Shown: positions 39,311-48,847 of the stretch, piece by piece
Layout: every line of letters starts with the position of its first letter
How positions within the stretch are numbered: position 1 is the first letter of the stretch
Assembly: GCA_037142195.1 (NCBI GenBank)
Contig: JBAXBA010000003.1
Coordinates: 1-64,000, forward strand
Source: Pseudomonadota bacterium
GTDB lineage: Bacteria; Bdellovibrionota_B; Oligoflexia; Oligoflexales; CAIMVM01
Direction: 5' to 3'
Length of the DNA stretch: 64,000 bases
Position numbers and translations under genes: made by a program
Notes under the pieces: model-generated
What the model was told of the DNA's origin: nothing
The model's input: only the letters and a program-made list of their open reading frames with translations
Database searches by the model: none

Positions 39311-40816
39311 ATGAATGCAAAGCTGACTTTGTTGATTTTGGGATTTGTTACCATTAACAATTCCTCTTGCGCAAGCGCTCGTTCCTCCCAGTTCACTTCA
39401 GGCACTACGGAACCTGCTGGGATTTATGGTGACTACAACCGAAATGGTGTTATTGACGAGGGAGATCGGGCTTCAGGGATATGGGACTGGAATTCCGGCG
39501 GCGCCTTCATGATGGCTGACATCGTAGATGCCAATAAGAATAAAATCCCTGATTTTATGGATTTCGGTCCTCGAACGCCAGCCATGCTCAAGCAATTTGT
39601 ACCCCTTAAAATCGACCGGACGGGAACTTTCACGTTTACCCATAATGGGGGACAGCATGTACTCGTCTACAAGGAAGATGGAAGCTCCGAAGTGAAGTCC
39701 GGCTCTCAAGTGGAAGGCCCCACCACATTAATGGTGGCTGCGAAGTACTTTGCAGGTATGAATAGTTTTTCCGGTTATGTTAATTTTAGAATTGATGGAG
39801 CTTCTGTAAGCGATAATACGACTTTTAGAGTCGCTCCTTGGATTATGCTTCCCAACGCAGCCATGACCAAGAAATTGTATATTGCTGATGGGCCTTATCG
39901 AGATGCCCACCTTCTCAAAGAGTCTTTGCAACCCTTCGTCAATGTGCAAGTCTTTGGAACCTCCATGTGGCAAGAAATGTGGATGCAAGACACCATCGAA
40001 ATCGGCTATCAAGAAGTACCTGGCAAAGGGATTCAATATGCGGCTCTGCAGGCGGACCGCTGCGATGATAAAGAGTGCGATCATTTTGCTCCCACTTTGC
40101 TTTCTGAAAGCTTTGGTGTTTTTAGAATCCCAGCTCACCCTCGAAAAGGTTACGGTGCTTGGGATGACTGGTTTGGAAACTTAGAGGTTTCCCCTGCGAC
40201 TCCCAAGTGGCCTCTCGGCAGAATCTATTTTGGAAAGAACCTTAACGAAAATCTAGCAAACATACTGAGACAACAAGAAGTACAAAGTCCTTTTGTCATC
40301 GACCCCACTTGGCTACTTATAAAACATGTAGATGAATTTCTAAATTTCGTGGTGGATGCGGAAGGTAACGCAAAAATGATTGTAGCAAGTCCCCAGCTGG
40401 CCTCAAAGCTAGGCGGAACTCCCCTCAGTGCTCAAAATGCCAACATACAAGTTCGCGTTGATCGCGATGTAAACATAGCCCTAAATGCGTTAGGCATGAG
40501 CCCATCAGACGTCATTCGATTTCCAGTTCTTTATGGTGCGGGTGGGGAAAACTTATGGTCTAGTCCGATCAACTCCGTTCATCTAAACCGCACCGTTGCT
40601 GTCGGCAATACGGGACAGAACGGACCAGGAACCCTAAAATCCTCGCCCTATGGAAAGAGCATCGAAGAGGGATTTGCCCAAGCAGGAATCAAGACTCTTT
40701 GGGTAGACGATAGAGCCTATCAGCCCAACCATGGCAATGTTCACTGTGGGACCAATACTCTCAAGGAACCAGCAAAAACATCTTTTTGGAGATTAAATTT
40801 TAACTCTAAGAACTGA
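39311..40816 (+). CDS. Protein-arginine deiminase (PAD/PADI family), probably exported
   Basis: FRVAPWIM.PN, WMQD..EIGY, FGNLEVSP, WL..KHVDEF, HGNVHCGTN; Ca-loop-like DYNRNGVID. Confidence 0.88.
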   Translation: MNAKLTLLILGFVTINNSSCASARSSQFTSGTTEPAGIYGDYNRNGVIDEGDRASGIWDWNSGGAFMMADIVDANKNKIPDFMDFGPRTPAMLKQFVPLKIDRTGTFTFTHNGGQHVLVYKEDGSSEVKSGSQVEGPTTLMVAAKYFAGMNSFSGYVNFRIDGASVSDNTTFRVAPWIMLPNAAMTKKLYIADGPYRDAHLLKESLQPFVNVQVFGTSMWQEMWMQDTIEIGYQEVPGKGIQYAALQADRCDDKECDHFAPTLLSESFGVFRIPAHPRKGYGAWDDWFGNLEVSPATPKWPLGRIYFGKNLNENLANILRQQEVQSPFVIDPTWLLIKHVDEFLNFVVDAEGNAKMIVASPQLASKLGGTPLSAQNANIQVRVDRDVNIALNALGMSPSDVIRFPVLYGAGGENLWSSPINSVHLNRTVAVGNTGQNGPGTLKSSPYGKSIEEGFAQAGIKTLWVDDRAYQPNHGNVHCGTNTLKEPAKTSFWRLNFNSKN

Positions 40817-40907
40817 TTTCGGTTGAGAAAATCCTTTTCATGCTTGAAGCGGCTTCCTTGTTCTTAGCAGTTTTAAAATTTTCCAATCCCATCTTAGGAC
40901 ACAAAAT

Positions 40908-40948
40908 AACTTGCCCTCTGATTACAAATCAAAGGGCAAGTTTTTTTT
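40908..40948. terminator. Bidirectional-type terminator between PAD and the Pro-rich lipoprotein
   Basis: AACTTGCCCT..AGGGCAAGTT followed by a T-run. Confidence 0.7.
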
Positions 40949-40957
40949 GAGAGAGCT

Positions 40958-41890
40958 TTATGGGATGACTAAGATGGGGTAACCGCCAGAGTAGTTTCCA
41001 TACCGAGCTATACAAGCACCATGGGGTTTAAGATCGTGTCTGGTATTGTAAGTTCCACCTTGAGCTGAAAAGCTTCCGCTAGTTACCGTAGAAAATCTAA
41101 TCCAGTTTCCATTGATTTGAGTCAGCCCAGAAGCTGTTCCTAATGCTGTCGGGAGAATTCTTACGCCGTTTTTAACTACATAAGAGAAACTATTTAAAAT
41201 CGAGACCAGTTTCCCTGAATCATCAAGCACAGTAACCATATTGCCATTTCCGTTTGCAGCGAGAGCAAGTTCACTATAGGCCGTTAGGTTAAAGGTCATA
41301 CCACCAACAGTAATCGATCGATTGATCGGCATCAGACAGGCACTCACCGGATTAGGATTTTTCGGTGCTGGTGCTGGTGCTGGTGCTGGTGCTGGTACGG
41401 GAACAGGCACGGGAGCAGGAGCTGGCGTTGGCACGGGAACAGGTCTTGGTGCCGGTGCCGGTGCCGGTGCCGGAGTAGGAAGTGGAAGTGGAATCGGCGT
41501 TGGCGCTGGAGTCGGAAGAGGCGTTGGCGCCGGAGCAGGACTAGGCCAAGGAGCGGGACTCGGGGCTGGTAATGGTAATGGCACCGGTACCGGATTCGAA
41601 TAAGGCGGCTTGTCGTAACCAGGGCCTGGAGTCGGCAAAGGAAGTGTATTTTGAGGACCCTGAGGGTTTGTTTGAGGGGGATAGTACTGAGGAGGCGTAG
41701 GATTTCCACAATTCACAGTACAGTTAGGATTCGTGGGCGCGGGCATCGGTTGACCGACCGGAGGCTGATACTGGGGTTGTGGGTTCCCAACGCCATTTTT
41801 ACCTCTTAAGTTCGCTTTGCTAGAGCATGCACTTATGAAAACCAAGCTCATGATAGTAAGACTCATAGGTGCAACAAGTTTGATTTTCAT
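40958..41890 (-). CDS. Proline-rich lipoprotein with a (PA/PT/PV)n stalk
   Basis: FISAC lipobox; long XP dipeptide repeats; C-terminal ~130-aa domain bracketed by two Cys. Confidence 0.85.
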   Translation of the reverse strand: MKIKLVAPMSLTIMSLVFISACSSKANLRGKNGVGNPQPQYQPPVGQPMPAPTNPNCTVNCGNPTPPQYYPPQTNPQGPQNTLPLPTPGPGYDKPPYSNPVPVPLPLPAPSPAPWPSPAPAPTPLPTPAPTPIPLPLPTPAPAPAPAPRPVPVPTPAPAPVPVPVPAPAPAPAPAPKNPNPVSACLMPINRSITVGGMTFNLTAYSELALAANGNGNMVTVLDDSGKLVSILNSFSYVVKNGVRILPTALGTASGLTQINGNWIRFSTVTSGSFSAQGGTYNTRHDLKPHGACIARYGNYSGGYPILVIP

Positions 41891-41933
41891 AAATCCTCCG
41901 CTAAGGGGTAAAATCCCCTCTCAAAGCCATAGC

Positions 41934-41949
41934 TGCAAACCTTGTGCCT
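41934..41949 (-). promoter_or_regulatory. Sigma54 promoter
   Basis: Minus strand AGGCACAAGGTTTGCA, near-consensus TGGCAC-N5-TTGC, about 44 bp upstream of the ATG. Confidence 0.7.
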
Positions 41950-42228
41950 GTTTTAGTGCCTGCCTATCCTGCTGTAAACAATGAAAAAAACAATATTTGG
42001 CAGGGCTTGCTGTTTAGAAGATGTCTAAGTCAAGCCTCAAAAGTGTCAAGACTCTAGCCACCTCATGGATGGTAGATATCTTCTCGCAAGGGACATAAAT
42101 CCTGATTAAATCGAACTATTTCCTAACTATAAACGAATACTCTTTACAGATTCGACCCTATATTTCTACTCTGGAAGGGATTAGACTGGCTCGGTTAGGT
42201 TTGAATTCTTTTTTTAGGATGAGGCTTT

Positions 42229-43833
42229 ATGACTTCTTCTATCAAGCAGATGGGCACGTTTGCCTTTTTAGTTTTTTCTATTCTGAATGTCGCGGGGTAC
42301 TCTCCTGTATTTGCAGAGACAGCACATCATACTAAAGAAAAGCCTTCACAAACGGACCATCAGGAAGCAAATGCAAAAACACTCTCTGATATTGCCCCGA
42401 AAGATGCTGCGTTTGTCAAAAAAAGCACGACTATCGAAGTTCAAGATGGGGCTACCATTACTCTAATCGCAAGCATTGTAAAACAAAAAATAGGAAATCG
42501 CTTGGTCAAGCGCTTAGCCTATAATGGCATGATTCCAGGGCCTATTCTTAAAGCTAAGGTCGGGACCTCTATCTCCTTAAAGGTGATCAATCGTACAAAT
42601 ATTGAAACCACCTTGCATTCCCATGGCCTACGTCTTGGCTATTTAAATGACGGCGTGCCAGGCGTGGGGCAAGCGCCGATTAAGCCAGGGGAGGAATTTG
42701 TCTATAAGATCACCTTTCCTGATACAGGTCTATTTTGGTACCATCCGCACATAAGAGAAGACTACGCTCAAGAGATGGGGCTTTACGGCTCTTATGTCGT
42801 AACTCCGGTAGACCCCAAGTATTACAATCCAGTAGACCGGGAAGAAAATATTATACTGGATGACTTAAATTTGAATTCTCAAGGCCAAATGCCCAAGTTC
42901 CTGCAAGAGGAAACCAATTATGCGCTGATGGGGCGATTTGGAAATATCCTTTTAGCGAATAACGACCCCAAGTACCAAATAAAGGTTCGCGAAGGAGAGG
43001 TGGTACGTTTTCTTTTAACGAACGCCTCCAATACTCGGGTCTACCGACTATCTGCTAAAGGCGTTTCTTTGAAAAAGATTGCCTCTGATCAGAGTCGTTA
43101 TGAAAAAGAGGAAAATATCGAGGAAGCGGTGCTTGCGCCTGCTGAGCGCCTTGTTGTCGAGGCTTATTTTCCAAAGTCAGGTGAGTTTTCCTTTGAGCAT
43201 AGAGGATCAAGCAAGAGTCAAACTCTGTTTAAAGTCCAAGTAAAAAAACAAAAAGGCTTTGTTGCCCAAAATGTCAAAGACTTTCAAAATCTAAGATCCC
43301 TAACTGAAATCACTAAAGAAATGGAATCGGTTCGCAAATTACAAGATTCTAAGCCCGAAAAAGAAATTGTACTTTCTGTAACTATCCCCGAAGCCTTAAA
43401 AGAACACATGAAGCATATGAATCACGGCAGCGCGCCCGCCATAGAGTGGGACGATCCCATGGAGTCCATGAATTACGAATCGACTTCGAAAGATATTTTT
43501 TGGAAAATCATCGACAAGTCTTCAGGGAAAACGAATATGGACATCGACTGGAAGTTTAAGCTCAATTCCCTGACTAAAATCAGAATCTACAATGACCCCA
43601 ACTCAGATCATCCCATGCACCACCCCATCCATTTTCACGGTCAACGCTTTGTAGTTACTGCACTAGACGGCAAACCCCTAGACAATCTTGTCTGGAAAGA
43701 CACAGCCCTCGTGCCTAACGGAAGTACCATGGATATCGTGCTCGATGCCTCTAACCCCGGCAAATGGATGGCCCATTGCCACATTGCAGAACACCTGCAT
43801 TCAGGGATGATGCTGGGATTTGATGTGATGTAA
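42229..43833 (+). CDS. Three-domain multicopper oxidase (CueO/CopA-like)
   Basis: HSHG, WYHPH, HPIHFHG, HCHIAEHLHSGM; Met/His-rich insert EHMKHMNHG. Confidence 0.95.
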   Translation: MTSSIKQMGTFAFLVFSILNVAGYSPVFAETAHHTKEKPSQTDHQEANAKTLSDIAPKDAAFVKKSTTIEVQDGATITLIASIVKQKIGNRLVKRLAYNGMIPGPILKAKVGTSISLKVINRTNIETTLHSHGLRLGYLNDGVPGVGQAPIKPGEEFVYKITFPDTGLFWYHPHIREDYAQEMGLYGSYVVTPVDPKYYNPVDREENIILDDLNLNSQGQMPKFLQEETNYALMGRFGNILLANNDPKYQIKVREGEVVRFLLTNASNTRVYRLSAKGVSLKKIASDQSRYEKEENIEEAVLAPAERLVVEAYFPKSGEFSFEHRGSSKSQTLFKVQVKKQKGFVAQNVKDFQNLRSLTEITKEMESVRKLQDSKPEKEIVLSVTIPEALKEHMKHMNHGSAPAIEWDDPMESMNYESTSKDIFWKIIDKSSGKTNMDIDWKFKLNSLTKIRIYNDPNSDHPMHHPIHFHGQRFVVTALDGKPLDNLVWKDTALVPNGSTMDIVLDASNPGKWMAHCHIAEHLHSGMMLGFDVM

Positions 43834-44097
43834 TTCTCTGTTTTACGGATAAAGGTAGAGCGCCCAAGACAATATCTAAAGGGCCTCAACCCTACATCAT
43901 GCCAAGTGCAACCGGCAAAACCTTAATACTAAACCAGAAGAGACAAAATGCACCTGTAAAGCCCATGACTCACAGAACAAGCACGCCCATGCCACATAAC
44001 TTTTTCTGAAAATTTCTGATTAATATCTTGAAAACAAGAACCAAGCAGTTATCAGGTAATGGACTGCGATATATTCCCAAGATACTCATTTTTCGAT

Positions 44098-44547
44098 TTA
44101 GAAATAACAAGTCCCGTCATCTACTTCAGACTTTAGAATTCCGTAGGGAGCTCCTCCAGAAGTATAGCCCGCAATATATGCGAATTCAGATTCCCATTCA
44201 CTGAGAAAACATTCGTCTTCAGCGTCTTTTTTTGCTAATTCTTCCGCTTTTTTTGCCTTTCGTCTTTGGCGCCCTAAAGCTTCTTGCGCAACAGACTCTC
44301 GAATCTGAGCCTCCAAGTTTGAAGGCACTTTAAAACCAAGCATTTTAATTTCCGCTAGTGCGCAAAGCAAATCGACGCCAAACCATCTTCGGTAGCCTGC
44401 TATGGGATTTTTTCCTGAGTACTTTTCTAACCAAGACGTCGACTTTGCGGACTTGAGTCTTTGCATTCGATTCATGTTTTTTCTACGTGGACCATTACTT
44501 GTAGATTTTCTTTTTTTGGCCATTTCACTCTCATTAAAGTAAGCCAT
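44098..44547 (-). CDS. Hypothetical basic protein
   Basis: 149-aa ORF with G.N....Y..WFGVDLLCA and FAYIAGYTSGGAPYG segments; function unknown. Confidence 0.7.
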   Translation of the reverse strand: MAYFNESEMAKKRKSTSNGPRRKNMNRMQRLKSAKSTSWLEKYSGKNPIAGYRRWFGVDLLCALAEIKMLGFKVPSNLEAQIRESVAQEALGRQRRKAKKAEELAKKDAEDECFLSEWESEFAYIAGYTSGGAPYGILKSEVDDGTCYF

Positions 44548-44817
44548 AGGGGCGCGAATTCAACCGCCCCGCATACCAATTTCTAGTGCTCTCGAGCTAA
44601 AAAGTCTATTGGATAAAACCAGATCCTCTGGGCAGAAGCAGGCAGCAGAATCTGTTCTGCTTGATTCCTCGTCATCTTTCTTGCCTACGCATCAAAAATG
44701 GAGTTACATCCATCTCTGCAAGGCTACATACTGCGCCTGTCGTTAGCAGTCACGCAGACCGGATTTCCAGTGACTAGAACAAGCTGAATTGCAAAACCGC
44801 ATCAATTGACAGCTCCT

Positions 44818-44888
44818 ACAGCAAACGGACAGCAAACGGACAGCAAACGGACAGCAAACGGACAGCAAACGGACAGCAAACGGACAGC
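44818..44888. repeat. 11-bp tandem repeat (ACAGCAAACGG) x6 plus a partial copy
   Basis: Read directly; perfect copies without spacers. Confidence 0.95.
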
Positions 44889-45026
44889 GCACTTTCTAAT
44901 CTTTAAGCTCTGCTTCCAGTGTTACCAGCCAAAATAAACAAAACGGTGTAATCCCCTCTTCGAACGCGCTTAAAACCCCCTTGGTTTCGGTCGAAAGCAC
45001 GATGGCAATGTAGATTTGCCCGGCAT

Positions 45027-46190
45027 TTAGCTCCACATTCCCCATGGCAAAACACCCACTCCACCAGCCTTTGGTGGAGCCTCGATGCGATCAGTAGGGG
45101 CAATCAGATATCCGTTTTTAGCGTCCAAAGCAGCCATAGCCCCGCGCAATGCCCGCTCCTGAAATGCGCGCTGGTTGAGGGATGTCACAATTTTCATAGG
45201 AATATTATCCCAGACCCAGTCAACCACAGTTCCGCGAGCGCTTTTGAAATATTGGCGATTATCTGACACGCCGACATAACCCATAAGCGCTGAGGTCTCA
45301 TTCCACAAAGCGTGACGAATCAGACTAAGTGTTGCCTGGTCTGATTTGTTATTTCCGATACAGTACCCAGCCAGTCCTGAATCCCCTAACACCCATACAT
45401 CTTTACCCACACCGCGCTCATGGCAACTAATTCGGCGAACCATAAATATTGTCTCCATTGCCTCTAAATAATTGCGAAGTCGCCTACTATCGATCTCAAA
45501 ATGAGACAATGTAGGCATTTCGCCATCTGCCATGACCCGACCCATTGTTCGCAAAATTAATTTAGTAATTTCTGGCTGATATGATTTTTTGAAGCAAATT
45601 GCCAAATCTCGGTAGATCGTGGTTTCTAGCCAACCCTTCCAATAATCTTTAACTTGGTTTTCATCTCTTAAAAACATAGGAACGGGCATGCCACCCTTTG
45701 AAGAATGCTGTAATACACTTTCCCAAGAAAACCTTGGAGCGGAGCTCAACTTAGGAAGAGATGGCAACGGCGGATACTTCTGCGCCTCTGCTAGCGTCAT
45801 AGGAAAAAGTTGACACAGCCCAATTCGACCGGTTAATGACTCTCTAATTCCGACACGATCGGAAAACTGGGTTGATCCCGTTATGTAAAATTGACCTGGA
45901 ACCCTCTTTTTATCGACCAAAAGTTTTATGGCATCAAAAAGCTTTGGCGCCTTTTGAATTTCATCAATTATCAATGGCAACAACTGCCGCGCTATAAAAA
46001 CCTTTGGTGCGGCATGCGCCGCAGTTAAGTGATCGTCATCGTCGAGTGTAACATAACTGCTAATTTGCAGTTGGTCTCGAAGCATTGTGGTTTTTCCAGA
46101 CTGCCTAAGCCCCACCACACCGACGACGGGCCATAACTTGCCCTGGCGCTTTAGGTGGGCTTTCAAAAACCGAGCTCTTTCATGTGCCAT
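45027..46190 (-). CDS. AAA_14 ATPase with DUF4143-like C-terminus (divergent)
   Basis: GLRQSGKT, IIDEIQ, ITGS, ESLTGR, GGMP, D.GL. Confidence 0.85.
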   Translation of the reverse strand: MAHERARFLKAHLKRQGKLWPVVGVVGLRQSGKTTMLRDQLQISSYVTLDDDDHLTAAHAAPKVFIARQLLPLIIDEIQKAPKLFDAIKLLVDKKRVPGQFYITGSTQFSDRVGIRESLTGRIGLCQLFPMTLAEAQKYPPLPSLPKLSSAPRFSWESVLQHSSKGGMPVPMFLRDENQVKDYWKGWLETTIYRDLAICFKKSYQPEITKLILRTMGRVMADGEMPTLSHFEIDSRRLRNYLEAMETIFMVRRISCHERGVGKDVWVLGDSGLAGYCIGNNKSDQATLSLIRHALWNETSALMGYVGVSDNRQYFKSARGTVVDWVWDNIPMKIVTSLNQRAFQERALRGAMAALDAKNGYLIAPTDRIEAPPKAGGVGVLPWGMWS

Positions 46191-46219
46191 ATTTTGGCAG
46201 ACCTCCCCATTCCTGTCCC

Positions 46220-46270
46220 TTAAGTAATATCATTAAATGACTTTAAATGTCAAATAATGATATCACTTAA
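46220..46270 (-). promoter_or_regulatory. Sigma70 -35 element embedded in a 16-bp inverted-repeat operator
   Basis: TTAAGTAATATCATTA..TAATGATATCACTTAA (15/16 match); minus-strand TTGACA at 46253-46248. Confidence 0.65.
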
Positions 46271-46526
46271 AAACAGAACATCTAAAAAACAACAAGAGTT
46301 CAATTTCGGTTGAAACTCGCACGCCGCGCTTTGAAACGAAAAATATGAGGTTTTATCGCTGAATACTCTTTGAATTACCACCAACACACCTGAATTCACG
46401 CCCAGCGCCCTATTTATAAATTTCCAATAGTTTCGTGAAATTTTCGTTTCGTTCCAACCTGCTGCTCGATCTATACAACACCACTTCGAATACAATTTAG
46501 TAGGATTAAAATCTAAGGAAATATCA

Positions 46527-47100
46527 GAGTACCGGCGTTATGACCCTCGGTCTAAAAATCTTGTTGCGGCTTCTGACGACGTACCTAAGTTTTTGAAGCT
46601 TGGGATTTCCTTAACAACTTTTCGGGAGTGCAAGAAGAATGGGGTAAGGTAATTCTTAGCGAGTCCTGAACGCTAGTTAAGTATTTCCGAACTTCTCCAT
46701 GAAAATATGGATTTAAAAGCAAAGCTCGCTGCAGGTACTACAGAACATGGACTCACATTGACTACAACAAAAATTTTAGGTTTTAAAGTACAGTTTAAAA
46801 GACTTCGCTCTTCAGGAGCTTAGGAAAACATTCTCGCTGCGATCAAAGTGGCCTCTGATTCGAAGTCACTTTCGGAGTATCTTTCTGCAATTGGACTAAT
46901 GGCAGCCAGATATCACAATCAAATAAAATGCGACATGAAATTTCTACTTTACGATAGAGTAAGCTTCCTGCGAGGCTCTCCTACACAATTGATTCGCTAT
47001 GAAATCAGAAAGTTTCAGAGCCACTATACATCTTAGAGATTTTAGCTACTATATGTTTCAGGCTTTAAGCCGGCTGGGAAAGAAAACGGGCGAAGTGAGG
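46527..47100 (+). pseudogene. Degenerate N-terminal part of a probable transposase
   Basis: One frame reads EYRRYDPRSKNLVAAS..*..*..ENMDLKAKL..LGFKVQFKRL..*..IGLMAARYH..SPTQL with 3 in-frame stops, then a +1 shift to RDFSYY..ALSRLGKKTGEV; the transposase identity is recalled resemblance only. Confidence 0.55.
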
Positions 47101-47319
47101 CATCTCCTTCAATCTAGTTACCAAAATCCCCATGTCTTTGAAGGCAATATCTGCCCGAATACCAATAATTTGACTTCAAACACACAAAGACCCTGAACTG
47201 GCGCAGTGTCTTTTACCATGAAAAAATCTCGGACTTTCTTGGAAAGTCCGAGAAGGTTCTGGCAAATTAAAAAAAGAACACAGCCCAAACCTGTCAAGCA
47301 CTTAGATGTTGTTTTCCAT

Positions 47320-47664
47320 TTACCTGAAAACTTCATTCATGATCCAGCGATGGGCTAAAAAACTTATTAGGAGCAGAGACAGTCCCAAACCATAGCACGA
47401 CCAAAATGACAGCTTGAACCTTTCGGCGACCAAAAAAGGAAGAAAAAACCCAAGTGTAAGAGGAACCCCGACAAAAATACTTTTTGCTAGAGCGAAAGTA
47501 TCACCGACGTTATTTCCTTGAATCTTGGAAAGAGCTAGGACTATGAGTGTGGACAAAGGCAAAGAGATTATAAATCCGCCTAGCACCGAATTGGCTTTAG
47601 CAATCCAGAGTGTTGCCGAAATGAGGGATGCCGATAGCATCAAATTTAATAAAAACTGCTGCAT
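47320..47664 (-). CDS. Small 4-TM membrane protein (DUF3147-like)
   Basis: Hydrophobic; GGFIISLPLST motif. Confidence 0.65.
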   Translation of the reverse strand: MQQFLLNLMLSASLISATLWIAKANSVLGGFIISLPLSTLIVLALSKIQGNNVGDTFALAKSIFVGVPLTLGFFLPFLVAERFKLSFWSCYGLGLSLLLISFLAHRWIMNEVFR

Positions 47665-47680
47665 AAATGGAGTTTCCTAT

Positions 47681-48844
47681 TTACTGAAAGGCAGCCGAAC
47701 CCGTGACTTGCTGACCGACGATTAAAGTGTGTATATCGTTTGTGCCTTCATAGGTGTAAACCGACTCTAAATTGCAAGCGTGTCGCATAGATCGATACTC
47801 TAAGCTAATGCCATTAGCCCCTAATATATCGCGGGCTGTTCGAGCCGTTTCTAAAGAGATTTTGACGTTGTTTTGCTTGGCCATGGAAACTGCCGCATGG
47901 TGGAGCGAGCCATTATCTTTTAAACGTGCCAGCTGAAACGCTGCAAGATTTCCAAGAGAGAGATCCGTCGCCATTTTAGCAAGCTTTGCTTGAACCAGCT
48001 GAAAAGAGGAGAGGGGGCGATCAAACATGATACGATCTCTCGAATAGCTCGTAGCTTCCTCTAAACAATCTTCTCCAGCACCTAAAGCCCCCCATGCAAT
48101 GCCAAATCTGGCCTGATTGAGACACATCAAAGCACTCTTAAGGCCTTCTGTTTTAGGGAGAATATTCTCTAACGGCACTTCGCACTGGTCAAAAAACAAA
48201 GATCCCGTAACCGAGGCCCGAAGAGAGAGCTTGCGAGTGATTTCTGCCGTGGTAAATCCTGGTGTACCTTTTTCTACTAAAAAACCACGGATTCCATCTT
48301 CCGTTCTCGCCCACACGACTGCTACATCGGCGACGGACGCAGAGGTGATCCAAGTTTTGGAGCCGTGAAGAACCCAAGAGTTCTTTTTTCTAGTTGCCGT
48401 TGTAATCATGCCAGCAGGATTCGAGCCAAAATTAGGCTCAGTCAATCCAAAACACCCAATGGCCGATCCCCTTGCAAGTTGCGGAAGCCATTTTTCTTTT
48501 TGTGCATCCGATCCAAATGTAAACAAAGGATACATCACCAATGCTCCCTGCACAGATGCAAAACTCCTAAGCCCGGAGTCGCCTCGTTCCAGCTCTTTCA
48601 TGATGAGGCCGTAGGAGACGGAATCCAGTCCCGCACAGCCGTAGCCAGTGAGAGTCGATCCTAAAAGACCAAGATCGCCTAATCTTTTAGGGATATGACT
48701 GGGAAAGACTCCCCTCTCAAAAGCGTCTTCAATAAGGGGCTGATACTCTTCTTTTACAAACTTTCGAGCAGTCTCCTGAACGAGCCTTTGTTCTGAAGTT
48801 AAGTCTTTAAAGATATCAAGAAAATCATAGGAGTTTACGTTCAT
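47681..48844 (-). CDS. gcdH: Glutaryl-CoA dehydrogenase-like acyl-CoA dehydrogenase
   Basis: ELERGDSGLRS, GCFGLTEPNFGSNP, KLSLRASVTG, LGANGI, TYEGTNDIH. Confidence 0.88.
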   Translation of the reverse strand: MNVNSYDFLDIFKDLTSEQRLVQETARKFVKEEYQPLIEDAFERGVFPSHIPKRLGDLGLLGSTLTGYGCAGLDSVSYGLIMKELERGDSGLRSFASVQGALVMYPLFTFGSDAQKEKWLPQLARGSAIGCFGLTEPNFGSNPAGMITTATRKKNSWVLHGSKTWITSASVADVAVVWARTEDGIRGFLVEKGTPGFTTAEITRKLSLRASVTGSLFFDQCEVPLENILPKTEGLKSALMCLNQARFGIAWGALGAGEDCLEEATSYSRDRIMFDRPLSSFQLVQAKLAKMATDLSLGNLAAFQLARLKDNGSLHHAAVSMAKQNNVKISLETARTARDILGANGISLEYRSMRHACNLESVYTYEGTNDIHTLIVGQQVTGSAAFQ

Positions 48845-48847
48845 GAT

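Noticed and set aside
41322..41603. Silk-like (GA)n ORF, and the His/Gln-rich ORF at 41344-41709
   Set aside because: Antisense and alternate-frame shadows of the Pro-rich lipoprotein, which has an RBS, lipobox and promoter
44818..44888. Possible CRISPR array
   Set aside because: 11-bp units with no spacers; no cas genes in the window
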